Source: Lama glama (Eukaryota). Taken from it: DNA of 64,000 nucleotides. Below, one piece after another: positions 1-12,676 of this stretch (the first letter of the stretch is position 1; every line of letters begins with the position of its first letter). The translations under genes and the position numbers were made by a program. Where the stretch lies: positions 91,576,001-91,640,000 of the forward strand of contig CM052816.1 in assembly GCA_028534125.1 (NCBI GenBank). Direction: 5' to 3'. Under the pieces are notes generated by a model. The model was given only the letters and a program-made list of their open reading frames with translations, had not been told where the DNA came from and did no database searches.

Positions 1-135
1 ACTTGTAGCCATGCTCCACCAAGCCCAGCTGGGGTCAACCGATGCCCAGATGAACCACAGATGTGTGAGCTAGAATACTGAGATTAGGGGTGATTTGTAC
101 CACAGCATTACTGTGGCAACGGATGATGGATATGT
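1..135 (+). mobile_element. MLT1 (ERVL-MaLR) LTR 3' fragment
   Basis: tgatttgtaccacagcattactgtggcaacggatgatggata resembles the 3' terminus of old MLT1 LTRs; cut off by the window start. Confidence 0.6.
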
Positions 136-1272
136 CTTCCATTACACTAAAAACTCCTTTGATACAAGGGTTAAATCCTTTTCTTATGTGTGTCCTGGCA
201 AGGCTGACATGGTTTATGGTACATAGTAGGTGCACATAAATGCCCTAAATTGAAGGGAAGTATTTATATGTCTAAAAAAGAACAGTTTCTAGGTTGATAT
301 GTACTTTTCTGTCCCAGGTGGGATACACACTGCATTTTAAATCATTCTTAATTAAAGAAATACGTACTCTTTTTTTTGTAATCAGCTAAAATAAATAGTA
401 AATCTTTAAAGAAAACCTTAAGTGTAAATCAATGACGAATTTCAGAACTGCCATCCAAGCTACCATGATTCTAACCATGATTATATGGACTCCAAGACTG
501 TGTCTGAAGTTAGTGTTTTTCTTAGACAGGTGAACAGCTTACTTCAGATCAGGGGGTGGAGGGGAGATAATCTTAGACTTACAGCTCTGACATTCTGCAG
601 CTGTGAGGGCTCTGAAATCTCTCCCCGCCTGCTTACATTCTGTTCATCTTGAAAGAGAGACCCTTAACAGTGTTCCGCAGAGACCTGCACAGCTTGACTT
701 AGGCCCCTGAAGAATGAACTATAGTCACAGTAGGGGTGGAGGTGGATTCCAAAAACCTACATTTATAACTGGTTCACTTTTTGTTGCTTTTTCACACTCT
801 CAGCAATGGATACTAGGAATGCGCCCAAATTGCCTAGCACTGCTGCGCATTTAGTAACGCTTTTAGTTTTCTCTTTCTTTTCTTTGTCAAAAATCATGCT
901 CTTGTATGAACAGAATTCACAGTCAGAAAGAGATGGCAGCCTTGCACATCTGTGAGGAACATCCTGCCCTGGGGCGACTCAGGGGCCCAGGAATGGCTCC
1001 CCTACCCAGCACTTAGCGGCTGGGTTCCCGGCGGTAATTCACGATTGCTCTGCACTGCTCACCAGGGTGTGGAGACAGCAGGGGAGTCTGGGAGATTTCA
1101 GCCAGGAAGGCTGACGTCTCTTTTGCCAGAGCCTACACGAGCATTCTCTGAGTCTTTCCTACTTATTCTGCAGCAGGTCAAGAACCCGCAGAGAATTTTA
1201 GAAAGCATACGACTTATCATAATTGATAAATAGCACCTGGTAATTACAAAAATAATAAAGAATGATGAGTGT

Positions 1273-1626
1273 TGCTATGGTCTGCATGTTTCCATCCCTC
1301 TCAAATGCGTGTGCTGAAATCTTAACTCCCAGGTGATGGTATTGGGGGCTGGGGCCTTTGGAAAGTGATTAGATCTTTAGGGAGAACCTTCATGAATGGG
1401 ATTAGGGCTTCTGTCAAAGAGACCCCAGAGAGCTAGCTCTCACTTCCGCCATGTGAGGTTACAGTGAGAAGGCTGACATCCATGAGGAAGTGGGCCCCCA
1501 CCAGACACAGAATCTGCCAGCACCTTGATCTTGGACTTCCAGCCTCCAGATCTGTGAGAAATACATTTTGTGGTTTATAAGCCACCCAGTCTGCAGTCTT
1601 TGGCTGTAGCAGCCTGAACAAAGACA
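1273..1626 (+). mobile_element. MLT1A-like MaLR solo LTR
   Basis: Begins tgctatggtctg, contains gaatctgccagcaccttgatcttggacttccagcctccaga and tttataagccacccagt, and ends aagaca (TG...CA termini). Confidence 0.9.
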
Positions 1627-2542
1627 GGTAACAACTGGAGATGTACATAGCTAGATGTTGTCACAAAGCATATTTTCCGAATACTTTATGTCAAGAAATA
1701 TATATGGGGGAAATAGAAATACGTAAATATACATATATTTTGCCAAATACATACATACATACATATATATACACATACTTTTAATTTGGAAGTAAATGCT
1801 ATTATGGATAAAAATATGCATGGCTTGACACACAGTCTATCTTGTTCTTTGGTGCTGGAGCCATTTACTGCCACTAGGTATAGTTTATAAAAACAGAAGT
1901 AGTTTTCCACATAGAACTATCAAAAGTCCAAGAATACAAATGCCAATAAGCCAAGAAAATAGAGCGTGGCATTCAATTCAAAACAAGGGTCATTTCCGCC
2001 CACGAAGTGGTACACTCTGTCTGCGCAGGGCACTCGGAAAGACCTAGTACTTCCTGTGTACATAGTTTTTTCTCCTATGTCCTTTTCAGAGGACTGACAG
2101 CTAAATGGACATGGGCAATAGCTGCTAATTTTCCTGACAGAGCTTAGAAACAAAGATGCAGATGCCCTGACACCATGGATACACACGCAGAGAGGAGAGG
2201 ATCATCAAGATGGCAGAGTTAGAAGAAACCTGGAAACCTCCGCCTGGCCTTATGACACTGCAATAAAAACAGAAGCGGAAAGAAAGCTGACTTTATTTGA
2301 GCTTAAGACTCTGAATGTAGGGCATTTTGTAGGAATGAACATGTTTTCATATCTGAATACCTTTTCCAGGTGACTTTCTACCTATCTGAGGTGTTGAGGA
2401 CAAAACCCGCCTCTCTATCTTAGCAGGAAGGTGGTACCTATTGGTCTACAACACAGTATAATGATAACTCTGGGAGGATATTAGTGCAAATTTTAATACA
2501 TTGTACACTTTTGTATACAATTACATAAAAATTAGCCATTAT

Positions 2543-3007
2543 AGAATACTACTCAGCCATTAAAAAAGAATAAAATAATGTCATTTGCAGCAACATGGTT
2601 GGACCTGGAGACATTATACTAAGTGAAATAAGCCAGAAAGAGAAAGAAAAATACCACATGATATTACTTACATGTGGAATCTAAAAACAAAAGAAAAAAA
2701 AAAGGACACAAATGAACTTATTTACAAATCAGAGACACACCAGACTCACAGACATATGAGGAAACAAACTTGTGATTACCAGGGCGAAAGGGGATGTAGA
2801 GGGATAAATTGGGAGCTCAAGGTATGCAGATACTAACCACTGTATATAAAATAGATAAACAACAAGGTCCCACTGTATAGCACATATTCAAAACCTTGTA
2901 ATGGTCTATAATGAAAAAGAATATAAAAAGGAATATATATGTATAACTGAATCACTATGCTGTACACCAGAAATTAACACACTGTAAATGGACTACATTG
3001 GAAAAAA
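2543..3007 (+). mobile_element. LINE-1 3' end (ORF2 tail + 3'UTR), camelid/cetartiodactyl type
   Basis: gaatactactcagccat...gcaacatgg..ggacctggag...ctatgctgtacaccagaaattaacac; possible TSD ccattat at 2536-2542 and 3009-3015. Confidence 0.92.
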
Positions 3008-6000
3008 TCCATTATGTTACATCTTTCTATACCACCCACCCCCACCCCCAGGCAAATGGTGAGATCCACAGTAGTAAATGAAAGAACTCTTCCCACCAGG
3101 CATTATTTTGAGCAGGGTAAACAGCGCTTGCAAAAAGTGGCAAGTGAAATACACATTTCCAAAAGCTCCTATCAAGAATCACACCTACTGATGCCTACAC
3201 TGTGTCCTTAAATTCTGAGACGTCTTTTTGATCATTGGAAATGGAGATCATGATGAAATGGCACAGGGTGGCTTGTTTAAAAGCCCTCCTTTCCTGCTGC
3301 TTCTATGGTAGCCACATCACCATGAGGCACAGATACCACCCACACAGCATTCTTGGCCAGAAACACTGGAAAGCAGTACATGCAAAGGCTGCTTGGATCT
3401 CTTTTGAAGATAAAACGTCCCCTGAAATATCAGGACAAGGAATGCCCAAACTCTTAGGAGACAAATACATCTTCATAACTTATGAAAAATTTCTAGAATG
3501 TAAAAGGCAGGTGGCTTTCTAAAGTTACGAAGCTGCGGACTCTGCAGATATTCTTTGAGCAAAGTACGTGAATAATGGAACCCATTAAAGACAGACACAA
3601 TGGATTACCTTGTGGTCGGATGGATGGGTGAATGGAAGAACCGACAAACAGACAAAGCTATACAAGGAAAAAATCATAAGATCTGCAAAAAGGATGTCTG
3701 GTTAATTTCAAATATAAAAATGGAAATGGAAAAGAGGTTGTCAATTACGAATACGTAAGATTCTAAGAAAGACAGAGATGAACACATGTGAATGGCATGA
3801 AAGCAGAATGGGAGAATTTAAGGAGAAATGAGCATCCCTTGTTGGAACAAGGCATATATTTTGTGGCCTGTGTCTCCTCGTGATCCAGCTCGAGAAGCTG
3901 GATATATCCAAAAACTTGAAACGTAACACAAAACTATGCACCACTGATGTCTGCAGGAAAGTACACCAAATAAACTGCAAGGAATACACAGAGATAGACA
4001 TTGTGTATTAAAATTCAGTAGGTTGAGCTGCTGCAGATTCTTGGATTACAGATTTATAGGCAGAAAAGAAAGCAGTGATTCATTCATTCACTGTATTATT
4101 TAACATACTGTTACTGCTGCCCCAGAGCCCAGTGGGGTCTGGAAGGGAGGAGTTTTTCCATTTGACAAGATTATAGAGCAAATGTTCCGAGCCCACCTCT
4201 TTCCTGCACCACAGCCCCACTGAAGTACCTCCATGGCAAAGGCAACGCCCTCTCCAATTGCTTGTAGCCTTTCAGGAGAGAGAAAAATGACTATGTTGAG
4301 GATGTGCTTAAATCACACAAAATCCAGGATGGAAAAAGACAGAAAAGTATGTCCAGGTCTGAAAAAAGAGTCAGTTTTCAGAAATCCAAGGTGAAGACAA
4401 TGAATATAAAATCTCCCAGCAGTGGCAAACATGTGAATTAAGAAGATTTTTGGTAGGCGTTTGGATTTTCTCTAAATGAGGCTAAACTTCGTTGGACAAA
4501 ATGGAGATCTTAAGCCAAGTCAATAAAATGATACTTACATTAATATTTTCATCTGTTGTCTAAAATGAGAGATAGTGGATTCTTTAAAGTTTAAGAACTT
4601 GTGGCACCATTAATAATTTAAAACACTTCCGAGGGAGTGATTTATGTGTGAGCAATATGTTTTATGTTCTAAAATTAAATATGTAAAGAATACCAAAAAG
4701 TATACTTGTTTTCTTCTGGTGAAAAAACAAAAAAGCCCCACCTCTATCAACTTCTATTCTCGTGGCTTTAAAAGTCTTGGAAATTTTACATCTTTAGTAA
4801 TGACAGTACAGTATCAAAAATATTCAAGGCATCTCATGTATACATGCTTATTAGACACATTTTCTTCTAACTAGATAGCTGCCTGTTTTGTACAAGTTTT
4901 TATTTTCAAACCACTGCTGTTTACACTCTAGGAAGTCATATTTACATTACACTGGCCTTTCAAAGTCTAAATTTACAAAGCTACTCTGCATTTTCCCCCT
5001 CTGATTACCAAAACTTTTGTGCAAGATGCTTTCGATTATAAGTTGTCTTTCTACTCAAGAATTCTTGCCATAAAAAGCAAGGTTTCTTTTCTTAGCTTAA
5101 ACTCAAGCTTAAAAAAACAGATCTATAAAACCTAGCTAGTGGAAAAAAAATACAATCTAAGGGATCTTTTCCTTCTTGTTTTATTTCAAAATATTTTCTT
5201 TTAATGTGGTTCACATCATACACACACCCTAGAACTTATTTAAGGTATCGGTTGCTATCAAGTGGAAATCTACACAGACAAGGTTAATCTTGCATTTTAC
5301 CTGGAGGGAGTTACCTCTGGGACTCACGGGTTCTTGCCGGGAATATTATCTAGAAGGTGGCGCCCCTAGGATGAGATTATGGCCAAGATTCCTGTTCGAG
5401 AATAAAAACTTTGCTTTATCAGTCACTTAGATCAGTCCTATGAGGGCGCAGCTATGGTGGTTGGTCCCTGAAGTCTTGACGAGGATGGTGAGGGTCCTTT
5501 CATATCAGAGGATATAGTTTAGTCTAACGTCTGCCTAAACACGTGTTCCCCAATTTATCCAGTTATTGACTCTGAACTGAGTATGGATTCTGTTTTGCCC
5601 TTAAATTCTTCTAAAAGGGAACAGGTCACACTGCTAAGGAAGCTTTTAACCCACACTGCTCTAAAAGCCATAAATACAATCAGTGAAATATACAAAAATG
5701 GCATCTTGTGAACATCTCGTGAAGGCCGGTTTTGCCTGCAACGCCTAGTATCTAGAAAGGATCTTTTAGGAAACGTATGCCCGAGGAAATATCAGGTGGC
5801 CTCGGAAACTCTGTAGAAGTCCTGGATTATAATTCACCAGCCTCCTTATGGCTTTATTTTGTGTTGAAACGATGACTTCTTAGCGCTGTTTTTCATCTGT
5901 AAAATGGCAAAGGGAGATGACCTTATATTATTCATTCTTTACTAGAAAGAAGCATGTTTCGTCCCCACGAGAGAGTACCACTGCTGTCCAACGCTACTCT

Positions 6001-6129
6001 TTTCAAAAGGCGAGGCGATAGTCTCTTTACGGTAGAGCGTGTCTTTAGAACCTCTTTACACATTTGCTAATCTTCCTTTTTAACAAAAAGAAAGCAGGCC
6101 TCAGATTCAAAGTCTTTAATAGGCAGCAG

Positions 6130-6379
6130 CATTTAGTTAGCATTTAGTAGCATTTTTATGCTTTTAAAATTATTCACTATAATTATTTTTATTAAAAATC
6201 ACTTAGTTATGCCAAGTGATACTGGCCTTTTAAGTAAGGTAATATTGTAATGCTTATTTTTTAAACAATACTGTAAGTTTACTTTTAAAAATATTAAGTG
6301 AATAGCAGTACAGGCGGTGAGTAGACACGGCAAAAAATCATGAAGGCATTTGTAAACGTCTCAAGTTTAGGGAATGCTG
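6130..6379. mobile_element. hAT-Charlie DNA transposon fragment
   Basis: Ends cagtacaggcgg...ggcaaaaaatcatgaagg...aagtttagggaatgctg, similar to Charlie-family termini. Confidence 0.55.
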
Positions 6380-6389
6380 TTAAGGAGAA

Positions 6390-6556
6390 AGAACACTGAA
6401 GACAGATGAACTTGGGTCGCTGCCTCTGCTCTCCTGTGTGCAACTTGCATCATTTAAGACAAGTTGCTGAAACCCCAGGGGCCACCAGCCTCCTCTTTTG
6501 TAAACTGGAAATAATTCCGCCTACTTTACAGAGTAGTTAGGTGGAGTCTATGAAAA
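6390..6556 (+). mobile_element. MIR SINE
   Basis: Core-like caagttgctgaaacc...cagcctcctcttttgtaaactggaaataat..ctactttacagagtagtt. Confidence 0.6.
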
Positions 6557-7221
6557 CTGATATTGTTATCCGCAGCAGCGTTTGACAAAAATTATACAAT
6601 CTCTACTGAGGCCTTCATGGGGAAGAAATTCTGGGCTGTCTGCCACGGCGTTTTTAGGGGCATACTATTCTGGATTTCCTGGTGTAGTCTCATCTTTATA
6701 AATTCCTTATTGTTGCCGCCATAAACTGTTGAAACGTCGTTCACATCAGTAGGGGTGAGGCAGGGAGAATAAAAATAAAAATCCAAGGTCAGAGCACAAT
6801 GTACTTACTCTTGGCGAACAAAATATGACCACTGCATTTCTTGGCAAAAGAATACTGTAATTGTGGAAGTCTTTTCTCATAGTTTATTTAAAAAGTCCAT
6901 TTTTCTGTGACACGGTGGACTGCTCTCTCCTTGAAATTTCTCCTGTGGTTTTGCAACACCTTTCTCTCTTCTGCTTTGCCTTTTTCCGTCTTAGGAGCTG
7001 TTTTCTTACTCTTTTCTGCAGTGTGCCACTTATCGAACCGGGTTCCCAAATAATTTCATCCTTAACTCTTCTGTTAGCATCTGCGCCCCTCCCTTCCGTG
7101 GTCTCACGCACAGACGTGGCTTCAGCAATTGCCTGTAAGCTAACGACTCCTGAAAGTCATGCTCCAGCCTAGACCATGTTCTGTCAAACATCAAACACAT
7201 ACAGCCAAATACCTGCTAGAC

Positions 7222-7390
7222 CAGCGTTGCCTAATATGGCAGCCACCAGCCACATGAAGCTACTGGAAATCAAATTTATTAAAATTAACCTACAATTTCA
7301 GCTTCTTGGATGCACATTTCAGGAGCTCACTAGCCACATGTAGCCAGTGGCTATGGTACTAGACAGCACAGATTTAGGACAATTCCATCA
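7222..7390. mobile_element. MER33/MER3-like hAT-Charlie element
   Basis: aatatggcagccaccagccacatg...ctagccacatgtagccagtggctatggtactagacagcacag. Confidence 0.8.
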
Positions 7391-7405
7391 ATCCTACCTG
7401 TATCT

Positions 7406-7520
7406 GTTTATTTATTTATTTTTAATTGAAGCACAGTCAGTTACAGTGTGTCAGTTTCTGGTGTATAGCACAATGTCCCAGTCAGGCATATACATACATT
7501 TATTCATTTACATATTCTCC
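7406..7520 (-). mobile_element. Short LINE-1 3' end
   Basis: T-rich tail followed by ttgaagcacagtcagttacagtgtgtcagtttctggtgtatagca; TSD-like acctgtatct (7396-7405) and acctatatct (7521-7530). Confidence 0.85.
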
Positions 7521-7794
7521 ACCTATATCTAATCAGTTGCCAAGTCCCTCAGATTTGATTAGCTTACGGAGCTAATGTTGCCCTCCCTTTCTGTCTCCAT
7601 GACTACCACCCCAGTTCACATTTTCATCATCTCTGTCTTCTCTCAACAACTCCTTAACTGATACTCCTTACTCTGTTCTTCCTTCCAATTCTCCATCATT
7701 CACTCAAACAGAGCCTTGGCACTGCTTTTAGAGTTAGCTTTCTAAAATATGGTCCAGTTCCCCTGCACCAAAATCTTGAATGGCTCATACCTTT

Positions 7795-8217
7795 TGTTGT
7801 GGGGCGAACTGTGTCCCCTACAAAGTTATGTTGGAGTCTTAATTCCTGGTACCTGTGAGTGTGACCTTATTTGGAAGTAAGGTTTTTGAAGATGTAATCA
7901 AGTTAAGATGTGGTCATACTTAATTAGGGTGGTTCCTGATCCAGTATAACTGGTGTTCTTATAAGAGGAGAAAACAGAGACACAGGGAGAGAAGACACAG
8001 AGGTAAGACGGCAGTTCAAGGATGGAGGCAGAAGTTGAGCTTACGCTGCTATAAACCATGGAACACCTGGGGTCACGAAGAGCTAAAAGAGGCAAGAAAG
8101 GATCCTTCTCCATATCCCTGCCAGCACCTTGACTTTTGGCCTCCAGAACTGTGAGATAAATTCTGTTAAGTCACCTGGTTTGTGTACTTTGAAAGGCAGC
8201 CCCAGAAACCAAAATAC
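7795..8217 (+). mobile_element. MLT1C/B-like MaLR solo LTR
   Basis: gaactgtgtcccc...gtgaccttatttggaa...gatgtaatcaagttaagatg...cctccagaactgtgaga...ggcagccccagaaac. Confidence 0.9.
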
Positions 8218-8749
8218 TTCTTTCCACATTTTTTGCTGAACGTTTACTACGTGCCAGGCACTGTGTTAGGCACTGCCTAGGTAACAAAGTCTAATTTTTT
8301 TAGAGTGTGTAGGGGACCCACCCCCTACATTCACATCTGAGAGCACGTGTCCATGTTGCTCTCCTGCCTCAGAAGTTCTTTTCCCCCAGCCTAACTGGTA
8401 GATTCCCAGTCAGTGCTCAAGTCCCTGGTAAAATGTCCCTTTCTCTGTCAAGCCTTTCCAGGTCCACCCAGGCTGAATTATTTAACGACTTTTAGTGTGT
8501 TTCCATTGTAATCTTATATATCTGTACCACAGCCCTTTTCACATAGTGTCTCTCCACCCATTGGACTGGGAGCACCTTGAGGCCAGGAGCTGTTACCTTC
8601 CTTTCTTAAGTCAGTCCAGAATCTCACCTGGATTTGGCCACCTAGAAACTGTTCACCTAATGCACCAAAGGCGATGTTCTTTGCCGGGTCCCACAATTAA
8701 CCCCTTTCAGTTTTCTTTTGGTTGTAGTTGGCAGTATTTATAAGAACTA

Positions 8750-9220
8750 TAGATCTTCCTTGACTTATGAAGGGGTTACATCTAGATAAACCCACCTCAA
8801 GTTGAAAATATCTTAAGTTGAAATTGCATTTAATAATACCCCTAACCTGCTGAACATCATAACTTAGCCCAGCCAACCTTAAACGTGCTCGGAACACTTA
8901 CATAAGCCTACAGGTGGGCAGCACCATCTAACACAGAGCCTATCTTGTAATAGTGTTGAAAATCTCATGTAATGTACTGACTATTGTACTGAAAGTGGAA
9001 AACAGAACTGTTGTCTGGGTACAGAATGGCTGTAAAGCGTTATTGGCTGTTTCCCTTCACGATCGTGTGGGTGACTGGGATCTGGAGGCCCTGCGGCTGC
9101 CAGCATCATGAGTCAGTATGGCACTGCATCTCGATAGCCTGGGAAAAGTCAAAATTTAAAATCTGCGTACCGCTTTCCCACCATCGTAACATTGAAAACT
9201 CGTAAGTCGGGGACCGCTTG
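8750..9220 (+). mobile_element. Tigger5/MER47-type TcMar-Tigger DNA transposon (non-autonomous)
   Basis: agatcttccttgacttatgaaggggttaca...gataaaccca at the left end and cgtaagtcggggaccg at the right end form degenerate inverted termini; interior matches recalled MER47 sequence. Confidence 0.88.
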
Positions 9221-10244
9221 CCCTTGGAGCCACCAGATGTTTCAGTTGAACAAGCTGGAACAGCTCTGTGCTTTATCAACATTTCAGTTTTAGGTCTTTT
9301 TTTTTTCACTTGCCCCTCCACTTAATTTAGGCTGAGGCAGTACACACACTTAGATTAATAATGTTACTCTACTCCGAAGATGTTTAAAAAGACACACGCA
9401 CACAGAAAAACAATCTCTTGCAGCTCACACCGCCTGAAGTATCTCGGAGCCGGATTCTTGGTGCTTTGTTCATGATACCTGCTGGTGCAGATCAGACGTC
9501 CCTGCTCACTTCTAGTAACAATGAAACATGAAAACTCACGATGAAAAACTCACAGAAAGAAAAACATTTCTACATTGCCCCGCAATTTTAAGACTTGCTC
9601 TGTTTAACTCAAGTTATCTAAGGTGGAACAGGAGCGTTTGTGTTTTTCCTTTTTTCCCAGAACACATCAGCTGTAACCATCAGAGCTGGCTTTTCCCGGA
9701 CAGAAGGGGACAGGCAGCATTGCTTATTTGCTCCTCTCCAGCGAGCTCACGGATGGCTTTGCAAAGCTCGGGAAAGGAGCCAGTTCTTCTCTTGACAAGA
9801 GAAGAAAACACACGGGCTTTCATGAAAAGGCTCGCAGTCCATAATTTTCAACCTGCCAATTGCACTTTGGATGGCAGCCTTAATTATTTTCTGTCTTCAA
9901 TTGTCAGATAGTGCTTTTGCCTTATTTCGCCATGAATAGTTACGAAATGCCAACGTCTGCATCTTTCAAAGTGCCGTAGATGTTATAGTATTGAATTTAG
10001 CTTCTGGTAAGAAGAGATGTAAATTTTCAGTTCACAGCAGGAAACAGGTCCCATAGGGAGCGATAGTCTAGCTCACAAACTCAACTCCCAAGAGAGAAAT
10101 CGCCAGTGAACTTATGAACATGTAGAATATCAAAAATTAATTAGAATGTTTCCAAAGCAAAGCAAATCCCTGAATTCCCTTAGCCATTTGAAAATACGAT
10201 CTACCCTTGTTTAAATTCTTTACAATTTCTTTTAATTTAAAAAA

Positions 10245-10376
10245 ATATATAAAGCATTTATTATGTACAAGACACTGTTTTAAGTACTATCTAAATATTA
10301 ACTCATAAATACAATGTCCCAATTATCATTTTAAATGATCATAGGCTGGGAAAACCAATGACCCAATGATGCACAG
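10245..10376 (-). mobile_element. MIR SINE fragment
   Basis: agcatttattatgtacaagacactgttttaagtact...tattaactcat. Confidence 0.55.
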
Positions 10377-10521
10377 AAACACTTTTTCTCTCAGTATTAC
10401 CGAATAGAAAAGGGAACAATAAAGGAACTTAGTGCATTTAAATATTGTTTTATTTACCACTGAAGGTCTCTTTGCTGCCTGATGAGTGGATGGACACCTT
10501 AAGGTGACCTGGGATACATCT

Positions 10522-11018
10522 TGTGAATGAAAAATACTGCAAACCATATCAGTAACCAAAGAATGCTGAAACCATCAAGTCCTCAGCGGAGGCCACCGCC
10601 CCCAGTAAAGAGAGGCCTGAAGCCCAGCCTCTGCAGCCGCTCACAATGGTGCACCCTGAGGGGACTCAGAATAAGAAAGGACAGGACACTGGCCCTAGAT
10701 GGCTAGGTGCTTGTCAAAGGAATGAATTCAATGAGCCCAAATGTTTGCTTCCTCCCATACACAGAAAAGCACTGAATTCTTTAACTTGAGATGCCTGGTT
10801 TTCTACAGTTAACAAGTAATCTTTTAATGTTCCAACTACCTGGTCTTTGTTGTAAACCTCCTATATATCCTAGCTCCTCCCCTACCTCTTCAGAGAAGTC
10901 CCTCAGAGCAATCTGAGAGGCTGTCATCCGGGGCTCGAAGGGGTTCGAGTCCTCAGAGATGTCTGCCAAAAGAAACGTAACTCTCAACTTTTAGGCTGTG
11001 CGTTTATTTCAGTCAACA
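10522..11018 (+). mobile_element. ERV1-class solo LTR (cetartiodactyl type)
   Basis: Termini tgtgaatgaaaaat...ttcagtcaaca, TATA-like tatatat at 10862, 4-bp TSD atct/attt with one mismatch. Confidence 0.8.
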
Positions 11019-11824
11019 ATTTGCATGGTGAGTTTCTACTACAGTCCAAGTTCATAATCTCTGCTTGAGAGACCCCAGGGCCATGCCTTCCAAAGAACAG
11101 ACCCAATCAATACTCAGCCCAAAGACCGACTTTTCAATGGGTCCCTGGATTTTGGGGACAAGACTTCAACGTGCTGGCTCATTCTGGACTATGTTATTAA
11201 TTCATACTTATTTTAGGAAGTCCTCGTTTCCAAGGAAAATTAATAATAATCTTAAAGACATTCAGCTGCAGAGTAGAATTCAAGCAAATTGAAATACTTG
11301 TGGGAAATCCTTCCACACCAACTGCATGATATTCTTCTGGAGAATTAGAACCTTTCATCAACTTTCCAGTTCACCCACATCCCAATCAGTCCATAATTTC
11401 TGGGTCATATTTCTCTTAGGAAGATATCTAGAAGTGTATACGTATTGGATCTATCTCTTAGCATATGGATAAAGACTGAAAAAAACAAATCTAAAAGTAA
11501 GTTCCTAATTATAACACGTGGCATTAATCAGTGCAGAAAGCTTTCACTTAATCTCAAGATCATTAAAAAAAATGCTTTGGAGAAGGATTGGGAACCAGTC
11601 GCTGAGGGAATATACATTTGATATGTTGGAGATTATCTCAATTTAATATAGCTTTTCTGGACAACGTGTACTTTTAGTTTCCTTTTAACCAAAATTTAAG
11701 ACTTCTACTTAGTCATAAAGCAAACAGAATGGTAGATTCTGGTTCATCATTTATATCGATATTTCATATTCAGTAGGTTACAGTTTTATTTCCCCCAGGA
11801 GGCCATGGTTTGACCTTGTGACAT

Positions 11825-11844
11825 GGGTCAGGGTGTGGGTGGGG
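11825..11844 (+). other. Canonical G-quadruplex motif
   Basis: gggtcagggtgtgggtgggg fits four G3+ tracts with 1-3 nt loops. Confidence 0.6.
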
Positions 11845-12652
11845 ACACGCGTGGACTGGGAGGTAACTCAAGATTTATCCCCTCCATCCTGTCCTCTGAT
11901 TGTTCCCTGCGCTTGCCCCCAACCCAAACTGAGATGTCCCCAAGGTTCTCATGGCTGGGCCACCCTGCTTATTCTCATTACTTTAGATCTGAACTTAAAA
12001 ATACTTAATTTTTTCCCAGCAAATGTTAGCACTTTGACATTATATTCCAGGCTGGTGGCTTGGGTTTTCCTCAAGATTTTTTGTTGTGACATATATTCAT
12101 TTGGTTTTAAAATCTCTCTCTATTCAATTAATAAAAGCAAAGAACATTCCTATTTATTCTTCAGAGGTTGAGCAGATAGAAGCCTCGAGGTAGGCATTGT
12201 TCTGGCTCATTCAGTATGGAGTGCCTTAAAAAAATTCCCTGTTCTGGGCCAGATTATGTGCAGGTTGGCTTCCAAGCAATCAGTTAGTCCCTTTAGGTTA
12301 AGAAGAAGATCAAATCTCTTAAAATGGTTTAAAAAAGGACAATGAATTAAACATGGCACCTTAGTCTTAGATTTTGAGAAATTTTAATGTTTTATTATTT
12401 TAGAGTTAATTTCAGGTTATTTTGAACAAACAATGCATAGTTTATAGCTAAAAGATTGCTTCATTTGCTTCAAAGATCAGGGAAATAAAAAGATGATTAA
12501 AACAGCATTTTGCAAGATGGTCCATTTTGGCTCTTTCAGCCATACTGAGAGACTGATAAAAAGCTGACTATTCAGTGATCCACTATTATGACACTTAAGT
12601 ATATCACAAAGAAATGGTCAGGTATTTGTACTTTTAATAATATTCCTTGGCC

Positions 12653-12676
12653 AGTAAAGTAAAGTAAAGTAAAGTA
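12653..12676. repeat. (GTAAA)n pentanucleotide repeat
   Basis: agtaaagtaaagtaaagtaaagta. Confidence 0.9.

Larger units (their letters stand above)
6905..8610 (+). mobile_element. LINE-2 remnant interrupted by younger insertions
   Basis: Pyrimidine-rich L2-like segments at about 6905-7221, 7520-7790 and 8350-8610, in the expected order and separated by MER, L1 and MLT inserts. Confidence 0.65.
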
